From: Camelus ferus
Taxonomy: Eukaryota
DNA length: 64,000 bases
Assembly (NCBI RefSeq): GCF_009834535.1
Contig: NC_045697.1
Coordinates: forward strand, 14,076,001 to 14,140,000
Reading direction: 5' to 3'
Shown piece by piece: positions 1-13,937 of this stretch (its first letter is position 1; every line of letters starts with the position of its first letter). Made by a program: the position numbers and the translations under genes. Under the pieces are notes generated by a model. The model had not been told where the DNA came from. It did not search any database and worked only from the letters and a program-made list of their open reading frames with translations.

Positions 1-964
1 ATGCTATGGAACATGGATACATGGATGAGGCTACAACATGAAACTGGAAAAGGAACAAAATCACACACTGCAGATTTCAAAAGCTCTGTAAAGTAGGAGG
101 AAGTGAGTATGTTTGTGTTTTAAGAGTTACTCACTTGGAGCCGGGGAGGACGACTTGGAGAGGGCACAGCTTGGAAGCAGAGTCTTCATGTGCTCGGTGA
201 GATTTATCTTGAGAGTGAGGCAGAAATGTTAGGAGGCTTTGCTGCATTGCCAGTGAGCCCCATGGAAGTTTCCCTTCAACTGAAATGATGGCTAAAGTTG
301 CATGTCTGCTTACTGTTTTCCTAGGGGATGTTTAGACAGGTTACAGATTGAGACTTTTTCAGTTGTGAGAGAAGGCTGAGGAATATAAAAGGAAGTGAAA
401 ATTTTGCTAATAACATATTGAAATAGAAAAAGGTACTTTTCCTTGCTCCAGTAGTTTGGAAGTGACTAGAATAAGTCACATGAATATGAGTCTTAGACTT
501 GAATAGAATTTTGTGTCTCATAGGTCACATCATGCCTGGGAAGTCTCTGGGTTCTTTATAGCAATATATCAAGGAATGCAGTGGCATTTTCCCCATATAC
601 TGTGCACATTATTTGTGGGTGCACACACACAGCTTTGGTGATTATAAAGTCTTTTATTAAAAGACAAAGTATTGAGTAGGGCACAATGGATTCACTTTGG
701 TCTTTTTAAAAGGCCTTCTGAAATTCTGACTTACATTTTACTGTGCACAGACACAAACGGATTGGATTTAATTTCTTTCCACATGAGAGATAGCTGCCTT
801 CTTGGAAAAGATCTAAAATATTTCTTGAGGACAGAACCTTGGAGACTAAAGGTTCAAGAGATCGGTGCTTTAGGGGACAAGGCATATAAATGATACATTT
901 TCTCATAAAGTTTAAATGCATTTTAGCCCAAGCAGTTAACTTTTAGCTCAAGGCGCTTGCATGA

Positions 965-1700
965 ATTGGTCATTCATTCATTCATCACAAGTTTATTGAA
1001 CCATGGCTAAGAGATCATGTCATCACCAGCTATTGGGCAGAACAGGAGACAACCCAAAAAAAAGAAACTAAAAATGTTATTTTGAAACTAGACCATGAAC
1101 GGCTTTAGAACTAGGACTACCAAGTATTTATTGAACACTTAATATTGTACTTTGCAATTTGGGTGCTGAAAGTAGTACATTCTAGAAGTCATCCTGGAAT
1201 ATTTGAGGACAACGGAATCCTTGAAAGTACATGACTTAATAACCCCTGCAGAGCATCATTATATAATGGTTTCCCTGGAGAAGAGGAATAAAAGGTGAGA
1301 TCGAGGTGGAGCACTCAGTGTGGCGAGAAGAGAACCAGGAGACAAAGACTTTTAAGGAAGACAAACACGTCAGAAGTGGCGGATGCTGGGCTGGAGCATC
1401 TATCGGTTTGGTGGTGACAACACCATCTGACTATCGAGACAAAAGGAATATTAATTTAGCACATACAGGAAGAACTCTGTGAGACACAGGATGTCCTCAG
1501 AGATGAGGAGAAGCTGGGCGAGGGCCACCGCGGGCCCAGGTACACTGATCAGCGTGGAAGGGGAAGGAAAGCAGCATTCGCTAGAGGGCTTCCGTTTTCC
1601 CAGCAAATTAGAAGACAGGCTTATTGTCGAAGATTCAGGAGGCTGAGCATAGGGTGGGGAACTTGAAGAGAATGATCAAGTGACCCCCTGCCACTGATTG
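965..1700 (-). mobile_element. Degraded L2 LINE fragments
   Basis: (CATT)n followed by aagtttattga, typical of an L2 3' end in antisense, then purine-rich decayed sequence. Boundaries approximate. Confidence 0.4.
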
Positions 1701-2269
1701 CATTGTGGCAAGTGGAAAAGGGGGAGACAGGCTGAAGGAAGGGGGATGGTGGAGAAATCAATGAAAGAGAAAACCGTAGATGTATATAATGTTATCATCT
1801 TGTTTTATTTTTATTCTCTCGTTTTCCCAAAAAGTTACCTTCAGAAAAAAATTCGACCGAGTTAATATTTAAATGTAAGTGTCATATAGGTTTTACTGCA
1901 GGTGTGGTGGCTTTCATTGTTGGTGGGGTTCCTCGCCTCTAGGCTCTGAGTCAGACACATGTATGTTAGAATCCTGGCCTCAGCTGTAACTCAGGAGCCT
2001 TCATCAGCTATAAGTGGAGAACATTTTGACCCCATCACTGGGTTTTGTTTTTTTAGAATTAGCAATTATGTAACAGTGCTGTCACCCAGGATGCCTGAGC
2101 GTGATAGATGCTCACGGTTGCCACTGTCATTTCTATCACTATCTTTTAATAACATAGAATTTGCCTTTTAATTTCATTTTTGAGAGAAAACTTCTTTAAC
2201 GTCTCTTAGGCTGTCGATTTCTCAATTCTTTGTCTCTGCCTTCTACCACACTGAAATCCCTCTTTATTA

Positions 2270-2512
2270 TTTTTTTATTGAAGTATAGTCAGTTACAATG
2301 TGTCAGTTTCTGGTGTACAGCGTAATGTCCCCATCATACACATATATATACATATATTTGTTTTCATATTCTTTTTCATTAAAGATTATTACAAGATGTT
2401 GAATACAGTTCCCTGTGTTATACAGAAAAAAATTTGTTTTTCATCTATTTTTATATATAGTGGTTAATGTTTACAAATCTCGAATTCCCAAATTTATCCC
2501 TTCCCACCCTCT
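2270..2512 (-). mobile_element. 5'-truncated L1 3' end (artiodactyl/camelid type)
   Basis: T-tract then ttattgaagtatagtcagttacaatgtgtcagtttctggtgtacag...; same family as the copies at 2645 and 54305. Confidence 0.85.
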
Positions 2513-2644
2513 TTCTACAGTTGCCAGGTCTACCTCTTCTGTGAAGCTTTCTCTGAAACTGTGGGTCCCTCCTCTCTGCACTTGCTCCCCAATGCCCATG
2601 TCTCTGTAATATCTTTTAAGATTTTTTTTGTGTATATATATATA

Positions 2645-3048
2645 TTTTTTTTTGAAGTACAGTCAGTTTACAATGTTGTGTCAGTCTCTGGTGTACAGCA
2701 TAATGCTTCAGTCATACATGAACGTACATATATTCATTTTCATATTCTTTTTCATCGTAAGTTACTACAAGATATTGAATAGTGTTCGCTGTTCTATACA
2801 GTATGAACTTGTTGTTCATCTATTTTATATGTATTAGTATCTGTAAATCTCGGACTCCCAATTTATCCCTTCTCTCTCCCTTCCTCCCTGCCCCAGTAAC
2901 CATAAGTTTGTTTTCTATGTCTGTGAGTCTGTTTCAGTTTTATAAATAAGTTCATTTGTCTTTTTTTTTCTGATTCCACATATAAGTTATATCATTTGGT
3001 ATTTTTCTTTCTCTTTCTGGCTTACTTCACTTAGAATGACAATCTCCA
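2645..3048 (-). mobile_element. 5'-truncated L1 3' end (artiodactyl/camelid type)
   Basis: T-tract, gaagtacagtcagtttacaatgttgtgtc... through ctggcttacttcacttagaatgac; collinear with the L1 at 54305. Confidence 0.88.
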
Positions 3049-5858
3049 ATTTAAATTCATTCTGTCCAGATATCCTAACGCACACTTTCTTTGTATCTGC
3101 AATGGCATCAACCCTGTTACTTGGACACAAAATGTGTCCCCTCCGTATCTAGTACATGGCAGGGAGCTTTGGAGGGGTGACTAAGCAGAGCGCCGGCGGC
3201 ACTGGTGAGCCCCACCTGCAAACAGCCATGTCTGTCTCCCCCATCCTCCCTGCCCCTCTCCTGGCCATTAATGCAGAGAGCTCTGCACCCAACCCTGTTA
3301 TGAAATTATCTGCGATTAAAATGATAAATTGTTTTCTGCTCCAGTAATTCAATGTGCTTGAAGACGACCCTTTCCAGAATCATGTTTTTATATTAATGTG
3401 CTACTTTAAAAGGAGATATTTCTTACCTGAACATCATACTTTCAAGAATGCACTGTTTATTTCTACTATTAATTTGGATCCTTTTTAAAAAGATATTTTA
3501 GAGAATGTTTTAAAATTAAGTGTATTTTCCACAAGTCAGAACTGTAGGGGTGTTTACTGAACACTATAGAACATGGTAAAAAGGGTTTACGTCGAATCAG
3601 AAGCCTGAAAGGGGCTTATGCCGGCGCCTCGCTTTTCGGTATTGCCGTTTCTTCTGCACGTTATTGCTTTCATCCCGTGAGCAGGCCCGGCTCCTGCTGT
3701 TACTCTGTTAGCAGCCGCACACTTCGTCACCGGGAGGCGTCAGGCTCTGTACTTTGTGCACCAGCTGCAGACACGGGTGTATGACCTTGGCTGTGTCCAT
3801 GTGTATTTTTCCAGGATCAGTTCCACAGATTTTGTGAGTTTCCATGAGTTCTCAGTTCCCTCTGCCCTCGTGAAGTATAAGAATCACTGCTGCAGTGGAA
3901 AGGACCTCTCACGTCTGTACGATTAGCTTCTAACACAAGTCCTGCCGCTTGCTTGTTTTGCAAACTTGGATGAATGAAGTGAATCTCTAACCTTAGTTTC
4001 CTTTCAAATTCCCTAAGGGTGTCAAATGGGGTGAGATGAATAAAACAAAATGTAAAGGCCCATAGTGGATGCTTCCTAAATTCTATGGAGACGTCTTCCT
4101 TTTTGTCTAAAAGCCATCATTCCCACTGGAGCGTTGCTCTTATCCATTCATCATCGGAGATAGAATCCAGCTGCTCAAATCTGTGTGCACAACTGTCTGT
4201 GTGCTTAAAGTACTTAAGCAAGCCCTTGCCTCCTTAACCGTGGGTTAATTCCTTTGACCCTTCTTCGTAGCCAGTTGTCAGATGGGAATTTTCTCAGCGG
4301 TTTGCCCACTTAAGGCAGCATGTCTCTGGAGGCGAGCGGTGGAAGGCTGAAGCCAGTATTGTTAACAGCAGAGCTGAGCCATGAGCTTGGGGACTTTGGG
4401 TTTTGGGGTAGCCCCAACTGTCTCTGCTTTGCAGTAAAGGCGAGATCAACCCAATAGAATGTTACATGGTCCCCATCAGCCCTGGAACACCACTTCCACC
4501 TAGAAATGGGGACTATGTGTGACGAAGTACTACTTTTTAGGGGATGGATAATGAAGAAGAAAGAATGAAGCGGCAATAGTGGGAGAAGTCTGGAAAAAAG
4601 TGTTTGAAATTGTATCCAGGACCTCCAGCCAGTCTGGAGCCAAGAAAAGCCAAAAGTCAGTATGCAAAATGAACCATCCAAGTATCTCTTTCCTTACTGT
4701 CAGAAATGAATCAGGCAGCTTTTAAAAGTGAGGACTTTACCATTTCAAATTGCAAATTAAGAACAGATCAAAGAAAATATGCATTATTTAATCGAATCGC
4801 TGTCTCAGAAGGGCCCCTTCCTTACATATTTATCTTTTCAAATAGTTAGCTAAACTCTAAAAGCAAAATATTCTAATCCTGAATTTAAGACCAGCTATTC
4901 ATATTTTTACAACTTTGTGTACAGAGAGTAAATAGGTAACACCATCAAAATAAATGATGTTCAGAAAATCCAGTATATACCCAGCTTCTCTTTATTGGAT
5001 CAAATGAGAAAGATGAAAATATACATTTTCATTTTTGGTCTAATTTGTTGTTATTTTTTTTTTCCCAGAACAAGGGCAGGAGAAAAAGTTAGAGGCAGAA
5101 CCTAGGAGTCCATGATATGTAGGAACTGTGAGCAGGGCAGAAACAAAGGTGGCCCTGATAAATGCCTGCTTAAAGGAGGTGGTTTTGCAGAAAGAAACAG
5201 TGTTCTCCGGAAGGCCATCCTTCGGACACACAATATTGATCCTCTTTCCTTGTTAGTCACACATAATCCGCAAGATTCTGACTTCCTATGACTATTAACA
5301 AAAAACTCCTAGGTTTCTTGTTAACAGTGTTTAAGCCCAACAGTTTTGCTTGTCAGATGGGAAGGCAGCACATGCTGTGAGGAGCCAGAGCCTGCGGTGA
5401 GAGATCTGGGCACCTGGTGTTCAAGGGAGAAGGGGCCGGGCAGATGCCACTGTCCAAGATGCAGAGGTCCCCGCTCTTGCTGTGGTGATCCGTGGTGAGC
5501 ACCATCATGAGTAACATATCAGAGCAGCTGAAGTAGCTTTATTTCCAAAGATTCTATTTTTTAAAGTCCGCTCAAGGTTATCCATTTTATAACATGGCTC
5601 TCATTTGAATCCCAGCATCTTTTCTTGGTTTGGGGAGAAAAGATGGAGCTAATCGGTAAGACATTCTCATGGGAAGAGGCCGTATGCTGTGTTTCATGGA
5701 AAGAAGTAGGTTGCAAACTGCTGCTGAGAGCCAACAGATATGTGCCCTTTCTGCAGAGAAGGGGGCTACAGGAAGGCAGAGCATCTTTGTTTGCCAAGGC
5801 ATGGCTAGTTGAAAAGAAACTGTTCTTTAGAAAGAAGTAAAACCTAAACAACACCTGC

Positions 5859-5890
5859 CTCTCTCTCTCTCTCTCTCACATACACACACA
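5859..5890. repeat. (CT)n(CA)n microsatellite
   Basis: ctctctctctctctctctcacatacacaca seen directly. Confidence 0.8.
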
Positions 5891-8094
5891 AACCCTTGAT
5901 AAATAAAGCAGAAAATGAATTCAGAAGCAATTGCTTCACAGTAGCAATGAAGTGAGAATCATTGCATTTTTTGACGACTTGACTCACTAGAGAAAGGAAT
6001 GGGAAATCCTATTAGAGGAATCCACAGATCTTCCTCAATGAAAAAATGTTAAGAATGAGTCTGAAGAAAGAGAATAACGATTGGTCAAAAGGAAATGCAG
6101 ATTTCGTCAGCTGTAGTCTCACCAAGCCCGCACCCACGCAGTCACACTGAAAGCCCAGAAAGTAGCGTGTGCGAATCTGTGTCTGTCTGCTTAACTTGCC
6201 GTCTGTTGTCTTCCTGAGAGACTTAAGAAATTGACGTATTTCCTAATCTTTCAAAAATATTCACTGACAGTGATGTGCTAATAACGCACTAGTTTAATGG
6301 CACTAAACACCCTGATTGTGCATTTACTAGTCCACACGTCGGTATGATCCAATGGCCATAGCTGTTTAAACAACGCAGCGTGTGATTTTTCAGAATTACT
6401 TTATCTTTGTGGGAACAGGAAAAGCATATTCCAGTCATCCCTGTAAGGGTCTTCCGTTTTGATTTATGTATGTATTGTGAAGAGTCATTGCTTTTCTTGA
6501 AAATTACCTCCATTGCTTCTAATTGTTACTATTAACTGTGAAAATGGTGATAGTCTAAATGCTCAGGGACTGAAAGAAATCTAGGGAGGAGCATTTGAAA
6601 ACTTAATTTCATTTTTGAGTTATTCTTAATATTTTTTATTTATTGGGAAACTTTGTCCCTGGGGAATTAATTGTTAAACATTTTTTATTCAGTCAGATTA
6701 TTTGAAAAGTAGACACAATGTGTAAGTTTCACCCTGTTGCATTGTTTTCTAATTTACAGAGAGAAAACATTTTTTTTTTAAATTTGCTTAGAAAGAAGAA
6801 AATAGGACATCAATAATACAAGTATTAGCTAGACTATTAAGGAATTGAAAAGAATAGTTAGCAACTGGAAGTATTATAAGGAAAAACAAAAGTGGTATGA
6901 CAGAGTATTTAAATTTAAAAATACAATCATGAAGCTATTTAATTAATAACTAATGCTAAAAAATTAAAATGCAATCTGGAGCCCACTGCTGTGACTTATT
7001 TCAGAATTGACAGCTCAGTCTTTTTATCCGAATTCCTAAGAACATGATTTGAAACGTCTAACCTGCCAAGAGTATAGTCGGTGAACAAGAACTTGTAACC
7101 TTTTTTTCAGTCATCAACTTCAGTTTCCTTAATGGAGGAAAAGTACCTTTGATAAATTCTGAACTTGATCAAAATAGAGTTGGGCAACTGAATCTTCTTG
7201 CATATTGATGCTACGTCTTTTATCTCTAGCAGACCATTAGACTTCAGCCTCTCCGTATGTAAAATGAAAGCGGTGTTACTTTTCTTCTGTAAGTGATGCT
7301 CCAAGGATGAATATAAAAACCCCATCAAACTGACTGAGCCATGCAGATATTCTGTAATACTGGGCTACATTTCATTCAATGGGACGTTAAAAACAGAGCA
7401 TCACAAATTAATTTTGTATTGACATTTTTTATTTTAAGCCACACTTTAGATATTTACGGTTGTAGTCCATTGTCTTCGACCTGAATTTCTTATGATCTAT
7501 CGTGCTAATTAATCAGAAAGTGCAAATGATAGCCCCTGGAGTAGAAGGAACCTGGAAGTATCACTTCATCTCATCCCCTTACCTATGGTCAGAGAACATG
7601 CAAACTGCTCCAGATGGAGGAGACCATATCCTGTTTTCAAAGCTCTGCTCTACCGAACACCGTATACATGTATTTCTGATGAAGAGGGAAACTTTGATCC
7701 AGCTAGGGTTGAGGATTTTATTAATTACACAAATAATACATAAAGGAATTTTTTAACTCTCTTCCAATTTTAGCAACCTTCTCTGCTGAGTCAAAATGTT
7801 ACAAAGAATTGCACAAAGATATTCTGTTCATTAAATATATTCAAAAAGCTCGAGTCTAAATCTAACATTAGATTTTGAATTACACTCCTCCCTGTAACAC
7901 AGTGAACTTTATGCTGTGTATTTCACAATTCATAATATCATCAGTTACAGCACCTGAATATATATTTGAGGTGTAGTTAACTAGAGTAACAAAAGAAAAA
8001 GAGAGTCCTCAGTATTTGTCTCAGAATAATCTATTCTTACAAAAAAGTAAAAAATTCAAATTCATCCAAAATGGAAGAATATGAACATTAAAAT

Positions 8095-8533
8095 ATTGAA
8101 ATATTACTCAGCTATAAAAAGAATGAAATTCTGCCCTTTGCAGTAATGTGGATGGACCTAGAAAATATTATGCTTAGGGAAATATGTCACACAGAGAAAG
8201 ACAAGTACTGTATGATGTCACTTACATGTGGAATCTAAAAAATAATACAAATGAATGTATATGCAAAACAGAAAAATACTCACAGGTATAGAAAATAAAT
8301 TAGTGGTTACCAAAGGGAAGAGAGAAGGAGGAGGGAAAAATTAGGGATCTGGGATTAAAAGATACAAACTACTAGGTGTAAAATAGATAAGTAATAAGGA
8401 TATATTATATGGCACAGGGAATTATAACCATTCATTTGTAATAACTTTTATTGGAGAATCTGTAAAAATACTGGAGTCAGTCTGTTGTACACCTGAAACT
8501 AATATATTGTAAATCAATTATACTTCAAAAAAA
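8095..8533 (+). mobile_element. L1 3' end, sense orientation
   Basis: aatattactcagctataaaaagaatgaaattctgcc...ggaatctaaaaa...gtaaatcaattatacttcaaaaaaa, the classical L1 3' region with a short A-tail. Confidence 0.88.
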
Positions 8534-8861
8534 GAATATTAAAATAATGCACATTTGTGCATGTGTCTACAAATACGCATATTTGTTAAACCTCCATAAA
8601 AGGTTTTTATTTTCTTCAATTTAAAGTCCCCTAGCAGCCTTAGCCCGGACACAGGTCACTGGTGTGGCATGGATTACTCACCAGTACTGGAGGCTACACT
8701 ATGTTACCTGCCTGAATTCAGTCCACTGTCAGTAGCTGTCCCTTAGTCCCACTTTCTGCTATGACCCATGTGACTTCTCTGTGGGGGATAAATCAAAACC
8801 CATTTCCCCCTCCGTGTTAAGGTTATGATTTCTTTGGAATTAATTCATCAACTTTAAAAAA

Positions 8862-9106
8862 ATTCATTGACATGTACTTGATTTACAACATTGAGTTAGT
8901 TTCTGGTGTGTAGAAAAGTGATTCATATATATATCCTTTTTCATATTCTCTTCCATTACCGTTTATTACAGGATATTGAATATGGTTCCCTGTGCTAAAC
9001 AGTAGGACTTTGTTGTTTATCTATTTTATGTATAGTAGTTTGTATCTGCTAATCCCAAACTTATTCACAGAACAGAAACAGACTCACAGACATGGAAAAT
9101 AAACTT
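8862..9106 (-). mobile_element. Short L1 3' end with inverted 5' segment (9060-9106)
   Basis: 8862-9060 is antisense L1 3' UTR. 9060-9106 (cttattcacagaacagaaacagactcacagacatggaaaataaactt) is L1 sequence in the opposite orientation. Confidence 0.8.
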
Positions 9107-11514
9107 TTAATTTTTTTGATCTCAGGTAGTGCAGACAATGCTTCGTTTTGCAGATGGCCCCTTTTCCCCCTGCTAACACAGCTAAAAGAAATACTACAAT
9201 CTGAAAAGGATGTATTGGATTTTGTTTAAATGTACACAATTTTCTGAGCTCTTGTAAATAGAAAACTATTCATACTTGGTGGGTTAATCTCCTACTAATA
9301 CACACGTGTGTGTTGGAATTATTTTATCAATGAATAGTCCTCACGAAGATAGACTGGGACTGAGAATTGCACTCAAATGTGAGCCCTGAATCTGCTGCAG
9401 CTAATTTTCTATATATAACAACTAAGCAGAGTTTGCACATTTATCATTTTATGCAGTACTTTTGTAGCAAATTGATTTAAGTGCCTTTTTGGAACAGTTG
9501 TTGGGCAGAATGGATTCGATGGCCGATAGATTGACTTACACAGCACAATTGTGTTTGGGTTTATACTGGCATCTAAATAGAGCTTTAAGCAAATGGAACG
9601 GTCAGTAGTGCTGGAGTACGTTCTCCATCAACTTAAACTGTGAAACGCCGTGACGTACATCATAAAAAAGAGATTCAGTAAAGTACGGTGGGTTAAAATA
9701 CCCGCTGAGAGCTGGCAAAGAAAAACAAAGTATTTGAGCTGCATTCGAAGTTTTAAAGTAGATTTTGCCTCCTTGAAAAGGTAGAATCTGACATGGTCTA
9801 AGTGGAATTGATGAGCTGTTCTAATTGTGAAACCTTGCGTCACAAGAGAAAGAAACAACGCTCCAAAGTGGATAGATGTGGATGGTGTGTTAAGTGTGTA
9901 TATTCCATGCCTTTGTACTTTTTCTCATGCACACTCCTCACATCTTTCCAAACCCAGAACAAATCCAGCCTGGCTCATTTTGGGGTTCCTGAAGGCAGGA
10001 ACTTTCTGTTCACTTCTGAACCCCCAATTTCTGTTAAATGCTGAGAGCAACTTCCCTTAATTTCTAAAGGTTCCACTTCCTCCTCTGTGTGTTGGCAGTA
10101 ACAGTGCCTGCTTCTCAGTGTTGTGAATAATAAATACGTGTTATCTTTGAAACAATAGAACATGTCTGAGTAGAAGCACATTCCTACGAAGTATGTGAAA
10201 GGAAGAAACTGTGCCGTTTGAAACCTGTTCTGTTCTGATTTCTTCTTTTGCACAAGTCGTCTTGCTGTTTGTTTTACCTGCACCATTGATCAGTTTTTCC
10301 TCTTAATCTCATCCTCTCTTGCTTTGCCATCCCACTCTTCTGACGCCCGGTCTCCCCCTGCCCTCTTCTTCTTTTCTCCCTCTTTCTTTCTTCAACACAG
10401 CTCTGTGTTGTTTCTTTGATTTTCCACATCTTGCTTAATTCTCTCTGCACTCTGACCGTTTCCTTTCGGCCCCATCAACATGGTGCTCTGGGGAAAGCGG
10501 GCAGCCGGCCGTGAGTCGCACCCCCCACTGATGCTTCTGAGTTAAGACCTTTCTCCTGGGAGAGCAGGGGGCCAGGGGTGATGGCCATCCCAGTGCCCAC
10601 CCCAACTCCCTCCATCTCTGAAGCCCCACCCAGGGTAGCTCACCGAATTCAGAACCAGAAGTTGCTTTTCAGATTTTATATCTGTAGTTAGTTCTTTTTT
10701 AGATACAGTTCGGAAATCACGGTATCATGAAAACGTGGCTTCAGATCTCAAAATGTCTGCTAGCTACATAATCAAGGGTGGTTTGTGCATTAAGTGGAAA
10801 CATTAGCTTAAGATTGCCTTTCAAAAATTATAAATGGCTTTTTTACATTCAGACCATTATGACATATCCGGATACAGGTTATGAACCTCTTATCCTGCTT
10901 TGTAATGCAGAAACTGTATAGGATGAATTTAAATTCCCTGAATTTAAAATGTACCTTAAAATAGCTCACAACTCACTGATATTGTTTTAAGTATTTATTG
11001 GTAATGACAGCAATATAATTCACAGAGACAGTGTTTAACTGTGCAAAAGGCTTTTCTATTTTATGCTAAATTGTACTTTTATAGATACAATTGGTATGCT
11101 AAAATTTTCCCTAAATTATAGGATATCTTCCGAAATCCTGTTTGTTGGTATATATTTCCACATTACAATGATAATATGTAACACTGACTGAATATTAGTA
11201 ATACTTGTGAGGTCCTGTGTGAAGTATTTCATAGGGAGAAGGAAGACCCCTATGAAGTATGTCTTAAATATTCGTCTTAATTTAAAGATTAGGAAATTAA
11301 AGCATAGAGAAGTTAAAAAAAAAATGAGTGCAAGGTTGTAGAGCGAATGAAGAGCGCATCCAGAACTCCTGGATGATAAAGGCAGAGACCAAGCCTTCAG
11401 CTTCACCCTGAAGTGGCGGGAACAGAGAGAAACCTGCAGAGTTGCACGTGGCTGGGGCAAATCTAGGTTTTCTCTGGTGCTTCCTCCTCGCTGAACACCC
11501 ACCAAGCATTGCAC

Positions 11515-11690
11515 AAGCTTTATCCCAGCTCTTCCAAGAAATAACCTTATGAAGTAGGTGGTTTTATCATCCCCACTGAACCGACAAAGGGGTGAAGGTT
11601 TAGAGAGGTGGACTGGTCAGAGAGACAGGAGGTGGCAGAGCCCAGATGTGGGTCCTGATGCTCTGGTCTGAGTGACGTGGCTCTTACACA
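11515..11690. mobile_element. MIR SINE
   Basis: aaccttatgaagtaggtggttttatcatcccc...gaaggtttagagaggtg...ggtggcagagcccagat resembles the MIR core. Confidence 0.65.
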
Positions 11691-11813
11691 CAGGCTGTGC
11701 TCTTCTCTCTTTTCGGCGGAAGACATAGGGTTGTTCTCTGCTGGTGTGTGTCACATTTAATTAAGATTCAAATGTACTTTCTTTTCTTCTGGCAGTGACT
11801 CTCAGGGGTTCCT

Positions 11814-11981
11814 TTTGTTTTATTTTTATTGACGTGTAGTTGATTTACAGTGTTGTGTTAGTTTCTGGTGTGCGGTATACTGATTCAGTCATACATAGCT
11901 ATATTCTTTTTCGTTATTGGTTATTACAAGCTATTGTATATAGTTCCCTGCACTATGCAGTAGGACCTTGTTGTTTATCTG
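11814..11981 (-). mobile_element. Short L1 3' end
   Basis: tttttattgacgtgtagttgatttacagtgttgtgttagtttctggtg...agtaggaccttgttgtttatct. Confidence 0.82.
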
Positions 11982-12007
11982 AAATGTACTAACTTTCGCC
12001 TTCACAA

Positions 12008-12013
<6 letters not shown>

Positions 12014-12042
<29 letters not shown>
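12014..12042. repeat. Poly-T run (29 nt)
   Basis: Seen directly. Confidence 0.9.
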
Positions 12043-12044
<2 letters not shown>

Positions 12045-13937
12045 CCCCTTTAGAATAACTACCCTGTAGTGAATTCTGGGGAAGGAGAGAAAGCATTGAT
12101 GGGGAATAATTCTCCTACACCTCCCAGCCTTTCCCCAAACTTGCAAGAGTTCCTTGGGATGTGATGCTTGAGATACTCTAATGATACTAAATAACTCCAT
12201 GAATGTGTAATACAAGACTTTACTACATATAAACTAGTCTTTCTCTTGAACTAACACAGACATCTCTGTCTCACATGAAACTTTTTTTTTCTTCTTATCT
12301 GCACATAGCTGTTTGGATCTTTGGATGCATAAAAATAGTTATCTTACATGCAATGTATTATTCGATTGTATATTATAATAAAAAGTTTCCTTAAGTAAAC
12401 TATACTCTTTTTTTTTTTAACAACTTAGGAATTTTAGCTGTGATGGCTTTTATAGGTTGGCACAATTATTTCCTACCCACATTTATATTTATTTACTTTT
12501 ATAAGTGAAAATCAGGGCAAACACTAATTTATCATTACTGAGTAGTTTCCAAAGTAGTCCATGGGAGTACAGATTTATGATATTCCTGGTCATACTCTAA
12601 GAGAGGTTAAACTGTGGAGGAAAATAAAATTACCAGTAATTAAATTTACAGGCAGGTTTGCCGTCTAAAGCAAATTTATTGCTTCATAGTAAAAGATAGT
12701 TTAGACACTTTCACATAAAGCGAATCCATTTTTACATGATATAAGTATTATACATTGCTGTTTCAATTTATATAATTAAAATGATATCATTGCACTCCGA
12801 GGTTAATGGGATGCTCAACTGGAAACCATACGTCGTGAGCAATAAAACAGCAGCATTGCAGTATTGGCTTTTTTGTTAAAAGCTGATACAGTATTTTAGC
12901 ACCATTAGATTACATTCTACCTTTTTGAAATCTTTAGAACAAGTAAGAAAGCTGTGCTGATGAAAAAGAGTGTTTTCTTGAAAGTAGTTGCCTTTATTTT
13001 TTCGGAATAGAAGGATTAAATGAGGCTCTATAAAGAGTGCTTTGGAGAAATGCATTTTCCAATTATTTTCATTCTACCTCCTTCTTAAAATAAATTTTCT
13101 GGAGAATTTTCCAGAGAATACTTCAAGTGAGGCTTCTAAAATTATCATTAGGAATTATAATATAGGATTGTTTAAAGGGAAAACATTGAGGTCTATTTAA
13201 ATCTGGAAAGAAAAACTTCTTAGATCATAATATTTTACATTTTTTCTACCTACATTATAAGTAGTGAGAAATAAGTAAGATATCTACATAACTAATATAT
13301 ATCTCTATATATACCCATGTTTTCAGACAGTGAGCTTTTATTTCTCTGTATCTTTCTCTTTTTTTCTCTCTCTCTCTTTCTCTTTCTTGTGTCTCTGTCT
13401 TTCTCTGTCACACGTCCATACATATGGAAAAAAATACATATGAATGTAATGTAATATTTATTTAGATCGGCATCAGTTTGGGTATGCATTTGTGGATAAA
13501 AAGCAGTGATAGGGAAATACTTCTGTTCCTATTTTTGGATACAGTTTTATCCCAAGTTCAAAACAAAACAAATCAAGAGCTGTTTTTATAGCCTATGCAA
13601 ATTCTGTGAGCATGATCAAAACAATATGTCATGTATTGTAGAGCTGTTGTGGGTATATGCAGGGAAAATGAAGGAAAGAACACTATAACTCACTGTACAG
13701 AGTTGAACCAAAGCAAAGAAGTCTTCTAAGAGAGGATGGTATGTGAAAGGACTCAAGATGATCTAAAGTAGGACCCACTCCTCGATGGCCATGGCCCTAT
13801 AACTGGGCTTCTGTTATACTAAAATACAAAAACATTAAACTAAGTACAAAACTATCACAAAAGACTCTAAGAGCATATTAAGTATACTAGTCCCTAGCAC
13901 AAGTAGTTACTAATATTTTGTCTTACAAAGCCTATTG

